A program made the position numbers and the translations under genes. Of a stretch of 64,000 bases of DNA, positions 16,999 to 29,863 are shown one piece after another (positions within the stretch are counted from its first letter, which is position 1; every line of letters begins with the position of its first letter). Location: the NCBI RefSeq assembly GCF_009914755.1, contig NC_060937.1, one strand, 5' to 3'. Below the pieces are notes generated by a model. That model made no database searches, was not told the origin of the DNA, and was given only the letters and a program-made list of their open reading frames with translations. This DNA comes from the human T2T-CHM13v2.0 reference genome, Homo sapiens.

Positions 16999-17103
16999 GT
17001 GTTTCCAAACTATCATATTTATCCTCCAACTGCACCTCACGTTGCTTATATGCAACCGAAAGCAAACGCACCTTCCTTCTTCATGGCTGATGAACTCCGA
17101 CAG
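16999..17103 (+). CDS. PAN3: PAN3 coding exon (~8): VFPNYHIYPPTAPHVAYMQPKANAPSFFMADELRQ
   Basis: Acceptor cctttttag|GTG, donor CAG|gtatgc; 105 nt in frame. Confidence 0.95.
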
Positions 17104-17953
17104 GTATGCTTTCAGAATTCATAGTAGGAATACTTAATGTCTCCTGTGCTTTAGTGAACAGGGGAAAGAACAGAGCTCTTTTCAAATCATATTATTTAAT
17201 CAAATATGCTCTAGTAAAGCACATCGAATTTAGAAGTTTTAATTGGTATTTTTTTTAAGGAAACCTGTCTTTTAAAAAAATTTCAAATAAATTATGTGGC
17301 AGGATATAAAACATAGAATAGCTATTTAAATGGTTCACTGTTCTGTACTTCATTTTATTTCTATGAAAAGGCTCTTTGAAGTATATAAATAATTTAAATG
17401 GTTTCTAACAGTATTTTTCTAATAGATGTAGGTTAAAAATAAGTAGTTTGGCTCAGGAAATAACTTTAAGAGAGCTCAATATTTTTTTAAAAGAATGTTT
17501 TTTAAAAGTTTTTTTGTTTTGTTTAATTTTTGGTAAACAGCTAGTTATTTGGTATGTAGAATTTCACTTTACACTCAGATTCTCAGAAATATTTTTGTTT
17601 CATAGAAGTGAGTTCTACCAGTATAGTGTTTTTTAAATTAATTATTACCAGTTTACTAGTAGACCTTGAATTTTCAGCCACAGCGTTAGTCACGTGTTTT
17701 GGGTAGCCCAGCTACCCGTGTTTAAGGGGCACATCTACTTAAACCCAATCTTAATTATGGCATGTCTAAGTCTGTCTGGGCCTGGAGTTCAGACATTTTA
17801 CCATGTTTAGAAATGTTTTAATATTTAAATGATTTTAATATTTAAAAAGTGCATATGCCAAAAATATTAATACTTAGGTTATTTAATTATAATAGGAATT
17901 CCAGGTTTCAGAATCTGTGTTTAAATAAAAATATACTTATTTCTGTTTCATAG

Positions 17954-18011
17954 GAGCTGATCAACAGACATTTAATAACAATGGCTCAAATTGATCAAGC
18001 AGATATGCCAG
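17954..18011 (+). CDS. PAN3: PAN3 coding exon (~9): ELINRHLITMAQIDQADMP
   Basis: Acceptor tttcatag|GAG, donor CCAG|gtaaaa; 58 nt. Confidence 0.94.
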
Positions 18012-18103
18012 GTAAAAAGCAAGTTGATCCTTCCTTTCTTTTAAAGGCTGTTATAATTCTTACGTGGTAGTACATGTTTTATGCATTATTAAGAAGAGTT
18101 CCA

Positions 18104-18405
18104 GGCTGGGCCTGGTGGCTCATACCTGTAATCCCAGCAGTTTGGGAGGCTGAGGCAGGAGGATTGCTTGAGCCCAGAAGTTTGAGACTAGCCTGAGCGA
18201 AATAGTGGGAACCTGTCTCTACAAAAAATAAATTAGCTGGGAGTGGTGGTGCATATTTGTAGTCCCAGCTACTCAGGAGGCTGAGGCAGGAGGATCACTT
18301 GAGCCTTGAAGGTTAAGACTGCAGTGAGCTGGCTATAATCGCCCCACTGCACTCCAGCCGGGGTGACAGAGTGAGACCCTGTCTCAAAAAAAAAAAAAAA
18401 AAAAA
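18104..18405 (+). mobile_element. Alu (AluJ-like)
   Basis: Sense Alu with A20 tail. Confidence 0.9.
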
Positions 18406-19888
18406 GGACAGTCCCAAGGTACTACTGATCATCTAGTTTATTTCTGTTAATTCTACATATGACAGTATTCTAGTTCACAAAAAAAGTATATAATTTTAGA
18501 ATTCATGGTGATTTACTTTACTGTGCACCAGAATATTTTTATCTCCTGAAACTTAATGAAGTATGGGTTCTTAAGCAGGAGAGGATGGTAATTATTAGGC
18601 CTATTTGTGAGACTACTGTGTGCCAGACAGTATACTAATTAAATACTTTACATGTCTTACTTTATTTCTCACAAACATCCTGTGACATATTATTTTCATT
18701 TCCATTTTACATATGAGGAATACTGAAGTTGACAGGTTAAGTAACTTAACCTTCAGGACCAATGGCTGGTAAACAGCTGACTGATTCCAGACTTAAAACT
18801 AGGTTGTTCTAACTGTACCACAATATTTCTTAAAGCGTATTAAAGTATCTTTCCTTAGCTTACTCTGTATAAATGAAATATGATATAATTTAGTAAAATT
18901 TCATAAATAATACAGTAGGAATACATTTGCCATAAAGATCTCAAAATGCCTGCTTGTAATCAGAAATTCAGCATCGTCTAGTGAGTGTTGTCTCTTGATT
19001 GCTAAAGAATTAAAAGAAATATGTCTGGCTGTTACACCTTAAGATGGATCTTTCCAGGTAAGGTGGGAAGGAACTTACTTGTCATAACCTTTGAAATATT
19101 CATCTTGGAATTTTTCTTAACTGTTTAATATTGTATTTGAGGCTTTAGCCAGGTTTTGCAAAAGTTTAAAAAGAAAAAAAAATGGAAGGCACAAAGACCG
19201 GAAAGGAGAAAATAAACCTACCATCTATAAATCATGTGACTGCAGATTAGACATTATTTGAAATAACAACTGTAGAAAATGGCTGGATGTAAGATTAATA
19301 CATCAGTTGCATTTCTGTAGGCCAGTACCCAGTTAACTTCAAAATATAATTAAAAGCAAATGCTACTTAAAATGGTTTTGCAATATCAGTATGTAGGAAT
19401 AAATAACAACAAAAGATAGGTAAGATTTCAGCAGGGGAGATTTATTTATTACGCAGTATTAAATAATATAAATGAAATACTGTAGATTAGTAGAGGTTAC
19501 TCATGATTAGGAAGACAGAACAAGTAAGATGTCAATTTTTCTGAACTGACATGTAGATCCAGTAGAATTCCAGTCAAAGCATAACTTCCAGTCAAATCTT
19601 TTCATGGAGTATGATAAAATGTATCAAAGAATAAAGGGCCACGACCATCCAAGGTACTTTGAAGAGTATGGTTATTATTTATGTTCATATGAAGAATTTG
19701 TTTGTGTATTAGGGAAGGAGAGGTTTGATTTGAGTCTGCAGTAACTAAATCAATGTGGTGATAGCACAGGGTTAAACAGATTGATTAACGGAACAGATTA
19801 GAGAGAGCCAGACACGTTCTGTGATAAAGTTGGCAAATAAGTGGGGGAAAAGAAAGCATTGGAAAAATGTTTTTGGTTTTTTAATTAA

Positions 19889-20214
<326 letters not shown>

Positions 20215-20809
20215 TAAAATTGGGTCATTATCTCAAGCCACATTAAAAAGTCAACTTCAAATAGATTAAGAACTTACATGTCTAAAACAGAACTCTAAAA
20301 CTCTTTCTGTAAAATATAAATGAGTGTATTTTATCTACTTTTAAAATACTTTAAAAAATAAAAATTAATTTTATCTACATTTGTAGCGATGATAAAATAT
20401 TTAAAATTTTTTTGTCACGTTCTCTTTCAAATATCCATGAGTACTTTACATGATTCATCAGTATGCACACAATTTTCAACTTAGACATTTTCAAACAAAC
20501 ACCGCCCTATGTTTCTGACTATCCCTTCCCGCGTAACATTTGTTTGCATTATAGTTCACCCATTTGACACTTGATAATATAGTTTTTGGCATCCTGAATT
20601 ACAGTGCAGTGAACATATTCATCTACTTAATTTTTTTCTTCTGTAGGAAATATTTTTTTCCTTAGAAGAAATACTTCAAGTATTTCTAAACTGATCTATA
20701 GATTCAGTAGTTCAGAAATACTTTTATAATTATTTATACTTTTAAGTATAAAAAATGTAAATAATTGATAAATTGATGCTCTTTTAAAAAGATATAAAAA
20801 AGAAAAACG

Positions 20810-21093
20810 CGCCGGGCGCAGTGGCTCACACCTGTAATCCCAGCACTTTGGGAGGCCAAGGTGAGTGGATCACTTGAGGTCAGAAGTTTGAGACCAGCCT
20901 GGCCAACATGGCAAAACCCTGTCTCTACTAAAAATACAAAAATTAGCCAGGCGTGGTGGTGCCCAACTGTAACTCCAGCTACTCGGGAGGCTGAGGCACA
21001 AGACTCGCTTGAACCTGGGAGGTGGAGGTTGCAGTGAGATTGTGCCATTGCGCTCCATCCTGGGAGACTCTGTCTCCAAAAAAAAAGAAAAAA
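20810..21093 (+). mobile_element. Alu (AluSx-like)
   Basis: Sense Alu consensus. Confidence 0.9.
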
Positions 21094-21264
21094 GTAAAGT
21101 AGAAGTGGTTTTAAAGCTTATTACATAGAACCAAATTGCTTTCCAAGGGATATCAATTAAACACCATTGATTTGTAAGTTGTAATAATTTACTAGCAACC
21201 CCATAGCAAACGAGTGCCTACTATCCTTGGGAATTGCTCTGTTCTTTGTATTTTCATAGTGTAT

Positions 21265-21451
21265 TAGCTCTCAAAGTATGATTCCTTAACCAGAGGCTCA
21301 TTTTCATTGACTTTTAGGAACTTGTTAGAATTGTGAGTTCTTGGATCCCACTTCAGATTGTATCAGAAACTCGGGGAATGGGGCCCAGCAAACTATATTT
21401 TAACAAGGCTTTAGGTGATTGTGACAGGTGGTGACGTTTAAGAACCAGTGC
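21265..21451. mobile_element. MER5A-like hAT element
   Basis: gaacttgttagaa...tcagaaactc...ggggcccagcaa...ttttaacaag...ggtgatt...agaacca. Confidence 0.7.
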
Positions 21452-21779
21452 CATAGCGAATTGTACTTCTTAAATGGCGACTTTACCTCTTACATGTTTT
21501 GTATAAATTTGTGTTCTTTATTTTTCTCTAGGCCTCTTGAGGGTAAGAACGTAATATTTCTTTAGGTTCATTAGTACATAGTAGATGCTCAGTATATTTT
21601 GCTGATTTGAAATTAATCCTGTATTAAGTGCTCCTTAATAAATGAAATAGCTGGAAAACAAAATTTACCATTTTAACTTCCTTATGGACATTATACCAAT
21701 CATTCAAATACAAACTAGGTAAATGCGCAAAAGTAAAAGTTACAGCTATTTCACTTGTGTGTATTCTTCCGTTGTACTG

Positions 21780-21917
21780 CTTTTATTTTATTTATTTATT
21801 TAAGAGATGAGGTCTTAAATGTTGCCCAGGCTGAATTCAGCTCCTGGGTTTAAGTGATTCTGCTGCCTCAGCCTCCCAAGTAGCTAGGACTATAGTCACA
21901 TGCAATGACACTTGGCA
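21780..21917 (-). mobile_element. FLAM-like Alu monomer
   Basis: Single arm; flanking tactgc(t/c)ttt repeats. Confidence 0.75.
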
Positions 21918-22942
21918 GTATACTGCCTTTATTTAAGTAGAACATGCCACTTGGTGACATTTAATCATTCTACATTTGTTTTTCATTATGGCCATGCCAT
22001 GTAGAGATTATGATTATAGAATCAAAAAGTCCTGGGTTTGCATCCTACCTTTCTCTCTCAGCTATGCAATCCTTATTATCCTCATTTATGAAATAGGGAA
22101 TTCTACCTCATGGAATTGTTGTGAGAATTAAGAGATAATGGGCATAAAGTATTTGGCAAATGCAGAGGAAGGATCATTTTGAACCTGTCTTCTGGAATTA
22201 GTTTTCTTAATAGGGTTTCATCTGTGTTTCTTACCAGAGGTCAAAAATTATCAGTTGTTTTTGTTTATAGGGTTTTTTTTTTAACAGACATAATGCCATG
22301 TTTTAAAAATAGTGTTAAACATGTATATTATAAAACATTTGGCAAATACAAAATAGTGTATAGAAAAGAATAATAATCCTCCCTTTAAAAGGTTACCATT
22401 GTTACCATCTGCTATATTTTCTTCTAGTTGGTTTACTATGGCTGTACTACATGTTGGGTTATCTTCCGTTCACTTAAAATATCATGAGCATTCCGAAGTC
22501 ATTCGAGACAGTTAACAGAATGAAAGTATAGGTTGGTGTTCAATTGGAAAACATGATGGTATTTGAAGCATTAAAAAATACATGTTTTTTTATTATAAAC
22601 CTGATAAAATGTTTGCTCCAGAAAAATTTATCTCAGTGATAACTCAAATTATTTATAAAAATTATTTCTGAGGAACAAATTTGTATTGTGCTATAAAAGG
22701 AAATGTTTTTGAATGTATGAACTTTAGTTATTCTTTGGTTATTTTATTATATAATGCCTATTTTTATTGATACTGAAGCTAGTTTGTCTTATGGAATTGT
22801 AATAAATGTTTACACTATTCTAAAATACAAGAGCACATTGTGATACACAAGGGGTTTATAGTAAATATCATGTCTTCTGTATTTTTGAGAAAGATTTATG
22901 AATGCCTGTATTTTCAAGTCATCTTCTTATGAATTACTCTAG

Positions 22943-23104
22943 CAGTTCCTACAGAGGTTGACAGCTACCATAGCCTATTCCCTCTAGAACCACTGCCACC
23001 TCCCAACCGGATACAGAAATCAAGTAATTTTGGATATATTACATCTTGCTACAAAGCTGTAAACAGCAAAGATGATCTGCCATATTGCCTTCGGAGGATA
23101 CATG
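22943..23104 (+). CDS. PAN3: PAN3 coding exon (~10): (A)VPTEVDSYHSLFPLEP...YKAVNSKDDLPYCLRRIH, start of the pseudokinase domain
   Basis: Acceptor ctctag|CAG (tandem NAGNAG), donor CATG|gtaagg; 162 nt. Confidence 0.94.
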
Positions 23105-23322
23105 GTAAGGAAGATAAGTTATCTTCTTTTATAATCGTATCATTGAGGCTAAGATTATTCAAACCTTCTTGAATATATTATTTAATATATGAATTAAAAA
23201 TTTTTATTTGGAAATTAGTACCTCATGAGCAATGTATAAATATGGCAATTTTTTTCCATTTCTGATGGAATATGAAGGAGACGTCAATTAGAGTTTACTG
23301 GAGTAGAAAAATTGTCTTCCAG

Positions 23323-23439
23323 GTTTTCGTCTTGTTAACACAAAGTGCATGGTGTTGGTCGACATGTGGAAGAAAATTCAACACTCAAATATCGTAACTT
23401 TGCGTGAAGTATTTACCACTAAAGCATTTGCTGAGCCCT
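23323..23439 (+). CDS. PAN3: PAN3 coding exon (~11): (G)FRLVNTKCMVLVDMWKKIQHSNIVTLREVFTTKAFAEP
   Basis: Acceptor tcttccag|GT, donor CCT|gtgagt; 117 nt; kinase-like HxNIVxL motif. Confidence 0.95.
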
Positions 23440-23527
23440 GTGAGTAACTTGTAATTTGTCTTTCTGCTGGTGAGCTTCATTATTTGAAGCCAGCTTTCAG
23501 TAATGAGTGTTTGTGTTTTATTTTAAG

Positions 23528-23629
23528 CTCTTGTGTTTGCATATGATTTCCATGCTGGAGGAGAAACTATGATGAGCAGACACTTTAATGACCCTAATGC
23601 TGATGCCTACTTCACCAAGAGAAAGTGGG
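23528..23629 (+). CDS. PAN3: PAN3 coding exon (~12): (S)LVFAYDFHAGGETMMSRHFNDPNADAYFTKRKW
   Basis: Preceded by an 88-nt intron; acceptor ttttaag|CT, donor GGG|gtaaga; 102 nt. Confidence 0.95.
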
Positions 23630-23756
23630 GTAAGAAAAAGATGCAGGCAAACTATATTTTGACTAATGCTTTTGCTCTGTGGAAGAGTAGTTTTCTATTT
23701 TAAAATACGTATAATTTTTCCCTGTAATCATTTAGTTTAAAGACTCTATTACATTT

Positions 23757-24120
23757 TGTACTAGTTGTTTTCATGTTCCTGATAAAGACATACCCGAGAC
23801 TGGGCAATTTACAAAAGAGAGAGGTTTAATGAACTTACAGTTCCATGTGGCTTGGGAGGTCTCACAATCATGGCAGAAGGTGAAAGGCATGTCTCACATG
23901 GCGGCAGACAAGAGAAGTGAATGAGAGCCAAGTAAAAGGGGTTTCCCCCTGTAAAACTGTCAGATCTCATGAGACCTATTCACTACCACGAGAACAGTAT
24001 GGGGGAAATTACCCCCATGATTCAGTTATCTCCCACCAGCTCCCTCCCACAACACTGTGGGAATTATGGGAGTTACAATTCAAAATGAGATTTGGGTGGG
24101 GACGCAGCCAAACCATATCA
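23757..24120 (-). mobile_element. THE1 (MaLR) solo LTR
   Basis: TG...CA ends; the reverse complement begins tgatatggtttggctgcgtccccacccaaatctc (THE1 start); 5-bp TSD cattt at 23752-23756 and 24121-24125. Confidence 0.92.
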
Positions 24121-25279
24121 CATTTTAAAAAGAAATATGTCAAAGAAATGGAGATGATGGTCAAGAAGTTAGGAAATAATGTCTTTTGCATATTTACTAA
24201 GATAAGATAGATTTTTGAAGACTCACATAGATATCAGATATTTAACTGGAAATGTGTTAAAATTGTTTTTCTCTTTAAAATGTTTTTCTTTTAAAAATAT
24301 GATGCTTTCTTAATAAAGGTGACTTGGAAAATTCAATAGCTTAGAAATAGTCTCTCTGGCTTCCCTGCCTAAGTACAACCATTGTGAATCTTTTAGTACA
24401 TTTCTTTTCAATCTTGCTTTGTTTTGTTTTTGTCTCCTTTTGCATTGTTTTTTGTTTTAACCTTTTATATCATATTACATCTTTTCTTTATTATAGGTAT
24501 TTTCCCCATAGTTTTTATATTCTCTGAATATAATTTAATGATTCCTATTATGACTATATTGTTCTTTATGTAATTATTTCCCTAAACAAATGCTTTTGTT
24601 TGAAGGTTGGATTCCATGTTACTTAATCTAAGGTTTCAAAATAGAATTTTAAGTAACTTTTCCTTAAACATGAAATATTTTCTTCTTTGTCCCTTTCTAA
24701 TATATACTTAAAGAATTGTTTTATCATTGAGATTTTGCAAACAACCAGAATACTTGAATTCTAACAAATGTGTGTTAAAGGGTAAATGATTTCAGAGAAA
24801 AGTAAATCCATTTTGAGATGTCTATTCATTAATTTATGTATTTAGGGAAGGTCTCAGTCTATGGGGGCAAGAAAGCAGCATCACGTTATTATGCTTTTTA
24901 ATCTTAAGATTTTCTTGACTTGAAAATTAAAGAGGAGGGGAGAAAGATTTGAGTCCATATTCTAGTATCTTTCAGATTACAACTCCTTTCAAGACTCTAA
25001 TTATAGACAAAAATATATTACTTCTGTTTACTTGTTACTTCTTTTTTTTTGCATCCTGACAGTTGAAAAAAGAAAGTTGTGGTTACATGGCTGTTTCACA
25101 TTTAAAATCTGGTCATAGAATGTGGTCATTTTTTTCCTTTTGCTATGTCATCTGTAGACACATGCATAATTTTGTGGAAGGGGATGTGGTACAACTATTC
25201 TTATAGATGACTATAGTTGTTGCTCAAATTTATTTTGGTAGTAACACCTGTGAAATGACTGTTGGCTTTAATTTATAAC

Positions 25280-25474
25280 TGTGTTTCTCAACTGCTTAAG
25301 TTTTTGTGGGGGCTGTCTTATGCATTTCAGAATGTTTATAGTGGCCTCTTCTGACTGAAGGGCCTGGCTTCTGCCTACTGAATGCCAGTAGCAATCCCCC
25401 TCTACCCCTATTGTAATGCCAGAAATATCTCCAGATGTTGCCAAATGCTGGAGTGGTTTCTTTTGAGAACCACT
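25280..25474. mobile_element. MER20-like DNA transposon
   Basis: ggggctgtcttatgcat...atgccagtagca...tctccagatgttgccaaatg...gagaaccact. Confidence 0.75.
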
Positions 25475-26171
25475 CTTTTATAGCATTCTTTTCCAGTAAT
25501 TTTTTAATCATAATTATTCTGTTTTTGGTGTTCACTGATTAATATATTAATGTTTATATTTTCATAGGAAGTAGTCCTTTTTTCTAATAGTTTAAAATAT
25601 TGTTTGAGTAGTCGTAACTTCCCTAACCATACCATACATGCATAAAAGCCTACCATTTTCTTACACTATGTAATTTATTATCTTAGCACAAGTGAAAAAA
25701 AAAAGCAAAGTATAAGAAATATATTGATTTAGAAAATGAGAAGAATAGCATACCATGTGGAGTTGATACGAGATTCAGAATGAGTCTATATCAGTAAAAC
25801 AACTAGAACAGAGTCTGGCACACAGTAAGCACTATATGTTTGCTGCAAAAACTCTTGTTTCCTTATTACTACATTAATTAAATAGTTTCATTTAAACAGT
25901 TCATAGTCATTTTTCACATTGTCTTGGCATTTGTTACCGGTCCCATTTTTTTGAGCCTTCTTACACATATTTCCAGAGTATATTATCTTCTGTTCTGTCC
26001 AAATTGAGAGATAATTATTTTTAATTTTGTATGTGCTGCTTACCAGAAATTTTATTCCAAGCCATAAGTACATATTTGCTATTTATTATAAGTACATAAT
26101 TAACCATTTAATTATGTTGCTTTTTATAACTGATTCACAAAAGGTTGTTTTACAACAATATGAATATAAGA

Positions 26172-26300
26172 TCAGCAGGGTGTAGGGACTCATGCTTGCA
26201 ATCTCAGCACTTAGGGAGGCTGAGGCAGGTAGATCATTTGAGCCCAGGAGTTGGAGATCAGCCTGGGCAATGTAGCAAAAGTGTCTCTACAAAGAAAAGA
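26172..26300 (+). mobile_element. FLAM-like Alu monomer
   Basis: Single sense left-arm-like sequence. Confidence 0.75.
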
Positions 26301-26928
26301 ATATAAGGTCATATTCCTTGGAATAATTACAAAATCTTGATTAAATTTATATGTCTCCTTTTCTACTGATTTACAACATATTAACAATGACCTAGAAAAT
26401 ATTATCAAAAACCACTTAATGAGTTGATAGAATCCACCTTTGTGGTAGAGGGGCCTGAGTGATATAAGGAAAACAAACATTCAACATAAGTGATGGTAGA
26501 GACTTTTATTTCCATCAAGCCACACAATGAACAGCTCTCACATGCCTAAACAATAATACAGGGTAGGATTAGCCAGCCACATTTTAAGTAGAAAAACCTC
26601 TACGGTTTCTGTTTTTATATTTATTTGGTTAACAATTACATATAAATTCTTACTTTAAGTAATTTTTATTCAATAATTAAGTGGTTACAGAAAAGAGCAT
26701 TTCAGTGAGAGCCCTATTGCTGGTATCAATATAAAAGGCATAATCTCGGACAGGAATCTTTGGGCAATAGACTAAACTTAAATTACACACATACATACAC
26801 ACACATATATAAATTGACATGTTGTGCCATGAGTGTACATGAATTGTCTTTGCTAATTTTGATGTTAATGCTTTAGTCTTTTAGTTGATTACTTAAGATG
26901 TCATTTTTTGGATTTCTTTGCTGTATAG

Positions 26929-27094
26929 GTCAGCACGAGGGACCATTGCCCAGGCAGCATGCTGGATTATTGCCAGAATCTCTTATTTGGGCATATATTG
27001 TCCAACTAAGTTCTGCATTGCGTACCATTCATACAGCAGGTTTGGCATGTCGAGTTATGGATCCAACAAAGATTCTGATAACTGGCAAAACAAG
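26929..27094 (+). CDS. PAN3: PAN3 coding exon (~13): (G)QHEGPLPRQHAGLLPESLIWAYIVQLSSALRTIHTAGLACRVMDPTKILITGKT; degenerate catalytic loop
   Basis: Acceptor ctgtatag|GT, donor AAG|gtacta; 166 nt; matches ORF 26898..27101; ACRVMDPTK replaces the kinase HRDLKPEN motif (pseudokinase). Confidence 0.96.
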
Positions 27095-27376
27095 GTACTA
27101 GCATTTTGAGTTTTGGTTTCTTTTATTGAGCGTCTTACCTTTGACAGCTTAGTAAACAAAACATGATTGTTTTAATTCTGCCTTTTCATATATTCCATCC
27201 AGAAGAACTTCTGTAACTTTGAATTCATTTGTAAGCTTTTTAAAGAAAAAAAAAAAGTTGAACTCTGAATAAAATGCCTGGTTATTAACCAAAAATCTTG
27301 GGAAAGGTTAGGGAAGTATATGTGGTTAGGGTTAGGGGAATATAAAAATAATATCAATACAACTTTTCTATGTAGC

Positions 27377-27563
27377 ACCATGGTTCACAAATTCTAGCAT
27401 GAATCAGAATCACCTGGAGGACTTACAAAACACAGCTTGCTGGGCCCTACCCCCAGAGATTTTCATTCATAAGTCTGCATTGGGGCCTAAGTATTTGCAT
27501 ATTTAACAAGTTTCTAGGTGTTGCCATTGCTGCTGTTGAGTCACATGCTTTGAGAACAACTGG
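27377..27563. mobile_element. MER5A-like hAT element
   Basis: atcagaatcacctggagg...gctgggccctacccccagag...tttgcatatttaacaag...tttgagaacaactg. Confidence 0.78.
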
Positions 27564-28208
27564 TACAGTTATCAGTCTTGTCTTCACCTGAGTTTTGAGT
27601 TGCTGTAATTTTGTGATTGTCTTGGGCTGCATAACATAAAGAGCTGAAGATCTGGTACCAAGTTATTTAAGTTCATATCCTGGCTTTGATAGTTTACTGT
27701 CGATATGCCGTTGAACAAGTTACTTCTTCAAATTGTGTTTTGACAACCTTATTAGACAAGTGTACTACTAACTCCATTCTGCTTATTTATGAGGTACCCC
27801 TCATAAAGTTATTGAGGGATTTGAATGAGTCATGTAAAATGCTTAGAACAGTGTCTGGTACATCTTTTGCAAGTGTTAGAAAGCTAACTAGTTCTCTTTT
27901 ATGAATGACTAATAAACAGCTTGGAATGGTGAAAAGGACACTGACCTGTTAGTCAAGAGATGTGAGTTATAGTTCTGGCTTTCTCAGTTTCTGACTTTTA
28001 CAGCTGTAGGTATATCACTTGATATCTCTGAGCCTTAATTTTACCATTTCTAAAATGGTGGTTGGTGGAGGTGGTGTGGGGTAGGATGGAAGTTAAACTC
28101 AATTCTGAGATCCTTCCTAATATTTTGGGAAATGTTACTTTTCCATGAGTATGCAATTTTTTAAAAACTTATTTTAATTATTTTCTTTAAATTATCTGGT
28201 CCTTAAAG

Positions 28209-28299
28209 GTTGCGAGTAAATTGTGTTGGAGTTTTTGATGTTTTAACATTTGATAACAGTCAAAATAATAATCCATTGGCATTAATGGCCCAGTACCAG
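28209..28299 (+). CDS. PAN3: PAN3 coding exon (~14): (R)LRVNCVGVFDVLTFDNSQNNNPLALMAQYQ
   Basis: Acceptor ccttaaag|G, donor CAG|gtgagt; 91 nt. Confidence 0.94.
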
Positions 28300-28499
28300 G
28301 TGAGTAAGAATTAACATGGATATTTACTTGTTTTCCTTTATTAAAGACAAATTTTGTTCATTTTAAAGTATTTCAGTGTTTTAAGCCTAGATTTTAATTT
28401 ATTTTGGGGTGGTGTCTATGCAGACTTTGAACATGTATCTCCCCCTCCCCTCCCTCTCTTTTCTTCCTTTCCTTTCCCCTCTCTATTTCTTTCTCTCTC

Positions 28500-28717
28500 T
28501 TTTCCTTTCTATTCTTTTGCTTCTGTCTTGCTCTGTCACCTGGGCTAGAGTGCAGTGGTGCTGTCAGCTCACTGCAGCTTTTGAACTGGGCCCAAGCAAT
28601 CGTCTCGCCTCAGCCTCCCATGTAGCTGGGACTACAGATGTGCACTACTGTGTCTGGCTAAAATTTTTTTTATTTTTATTTTTTGTAGAGATAGAGGCTC
28701 ACGATGTTGCCCAGGCT
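28500..28717 (-). mobile_element. Truncated AluJ-like element with a CT-rich tail
   Basis: Partial antisense Alu. Confidence 0.75.
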
Positions 28718-28772
28718 GTATTTCTTAACCATTATGATGTACTTAGTGTAGAGCCCTTGTGGGTTGGAATAA

Positions 28773-29118
<346 letters not shown>

Positions 29119-29547
29119 TAACTGTTCAAAATGAAAATGTATTTATGTGATTTAGGAAACGTGTCCTAAGCATAGATAGATTAAAACAAGACTAATCAGA
29201 TGAATGGATTATATTAAATGACACCTTTCTTTTTCACTCCTTTAATTACACCTATTATTTTTACTTTTAGAACACTTGTCTGACTACCAGTCATGAAATT
29301 TTAGAAATGTTTTCATAGGTTTGTTATTGGATTGCCATTTTCTAAGTAATTTTTTTATTTAGTCAGAACATACCACTCACTTCTTATACTTTATTAGTAT
29401 TTGATTATTGTCTGACTTCATTTTATTAGTGTTGATTTAGGCCTCGTGATGCTTCTTAGCTATTTTGCTGTTTCTTATTTCCTGATTTAAATGATAAAGT
29501 ATCGAAGAATAAGAACGTATCTTCAAGCATTAAGAACAGTTGCTTTA

Positions 29548-29863
<316 letters not shown>

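Noticed and set aside
17053-17085. QPKANAPSFFM as a possible PAM2 motif
   Set aside because: It lacks the AxEFxP core; the recognised PAN3 PAM2 motif is encoded upstream of this window.
28200-28208. tccttaaag resembling a U12 branch site at an exon acceptor
   Set aside because: It overlaps the AG itself, and the partner donor (gtactag) is not U12-type.
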